From contig NC_043015.1 of NCBI RefSeq assembly GCF_006345805.1, forward strand, positions 51,274,001-51,338,000: a stretch of DNA of 64,000 bases. The letters run 5' to 3'. The stretch comes from Octopus sinensis. Taxonomy: Eukaryota. Positions within the stretch are counted from its first letter, which is position 1. Every line of letters begins with the position of its first letter. The translations under genes and the position numbers were made by a program. The notes beneath the pieces are model-generated. The model was not told where the DNA came from, searched no databases, and saw only the letters and a list, made by a program, of their open reading frames with translations. Of this stretch, positions 63,120-64,000 are shown piece by piece.

Positions 63120-63292
63120 GCTGACAAAATTCAATATATTGCCCGAATCAAAGACATACCAATTAAAGAAGCTCGCAAAGCGGAAATGGCGCTATTCTGT
63201 GGCAACATCCAAGATGCAGAAGCTATTTTATTGCAGGCTGGCCTTATTTTCCGCGCCGTTATTCTTAATGTAAAGATGTTCAATTGGGAACG
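63120..63292 (+). CDS. IFT80: IFT80 internal coding exon (173 bp, phase 0 in, phase 2 out)
   Basis: Acceptor ttttcttgttacag, donor cg|gtaaga. Encodes ADKIQYIARIKDIPIKEARKAEMALFCGNIQDAEAILLQAGLIFRAVILNVKMFNWE(R), matching IFT80 DKVQYI...GNIQEAE..LLQAGL...NWER. The gene continues beyond both window edges. Confidence 0.96.
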
Positions 63293-63419
63293 GTAAGAAC
63301 AAAGAACAAACAACAATTTATTCAAATTGCTTTTATCGTATAACATTTAAAACTTCTAACTTGAAGCTGACTACATTCATACTGTAGCATCAAGTGGCCA
63401 TTGATGTTGCAACTGTTTT

Positions 63420-64000
63420 GGTATGTGTGTGTGTGATTGTATGTATGTGATTGTGTATGTGTGTGTGTATTTGTGTGAGTGTGTGTATGTATGAATGTGG
63501 GTGTGAGATTGTGTATAAGTGTGTGTGTGTGTGTGTATGTTTGTGTGAGTATGTGTGTGTGTTTGGTGTGTGTGTAAGTGAGCGTGTGTGAGTGTGTATG
63601 CATGAATGTCTGTTCGTGTGTGAATGTGTATGTATAAATGTGTGTGTGAGTGTGTGTATGTGTGAATGTGGGTGTGAGATTGTATAATTGTGTGTGTGTT
63701 TATGTGTGTGTGTTCGTTTGTGTGTGTTTGTGTGTGAGTGAGCGTGTGTGAGTGTATGCATGAATGTCTGTTCGTGTGTGAATGTGTATGTATGAATGCG
63801 TGTGTGAGTGTGTGTATGTGTGAATTTGGGTGTGAGATTGTATAATTGTGTGTGTGTGTGTTTGTGAGTGTGTGTGTTTGTGTGAGTGTGTGTGAGTGAG
63901 CGTGTGTGTGTGTGTATGCATGAATGTCTGTGTGTGAATGTGTATGTATGAATGTGCGTGTGTGTATGTGTAAATGTGGGTGTGAGATTGTGCATAATTG
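63420..64000. repeat. TG-rich higher-order repeat (period about 150-170 bp)
   Basis: The marker aat(g/t)tgggtgtgagattgt recurs at 63494, 63665, 63823 and 63973. Confidence 0.88.

Noticed and set aside
37-64000. Many long ORFs rich in YI, HT, CV, poly-I/M/V/T/H/S or LSLS (for example 34113-35183, 32886-33626, 40965-41663, 55744-56445)
   Set aside because: They are translations of microsatellites and minisatellites that lack stops by composition.

Overview
Eukaryotic, AT-rich, microsatellite- and retroposon-saturated DNA. The repeat landscape suggests an octopod cephalopod; this is inferred, not verified. The only confidently identified host gene is IFT80 (intraflagellar transport 80, WDR56) on the + strand. 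Three consecutive C-terminal coding exons (9689-9860, 27543-27632, 63120-63292; 435 nt) splice in frame across introns of 17,682 and 35,487 bp. The rest is intron: simple repeats, several SINE-like families (working labels A, B, C, D, F), relics of Penelope-like (PLE), R4/Dong, RTE and L1/Tx1 retroelements, and mariner, pogo, Helitron and Helentron remnants. Almost all ORFs in the supplied track are repeat artefacts. I found no clearly new protein-coding system. The best leads are at RNA and element level: (1) dispersed minimal hammerhead-ribozyme motifs, two of them downstream of PLE GIY-YIG ORFs; (2) a twin-priming-type 5' inversion in an RTE insertion with a 12-bp TSD; (3) a SINE sharing its 3' terminus with a Tx1-like LINE in the same window; (4) a 42-bp satellite built from a SINE tRNA-head half; (5) a perfect 24-bp hairpin 48 nt after an IFT80 donor; (6) antisense orientation of all retroelement coding relics; (7) weak candidates for antisense exons. 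Repeat boundaries are approximate, by about 10-30 bp.
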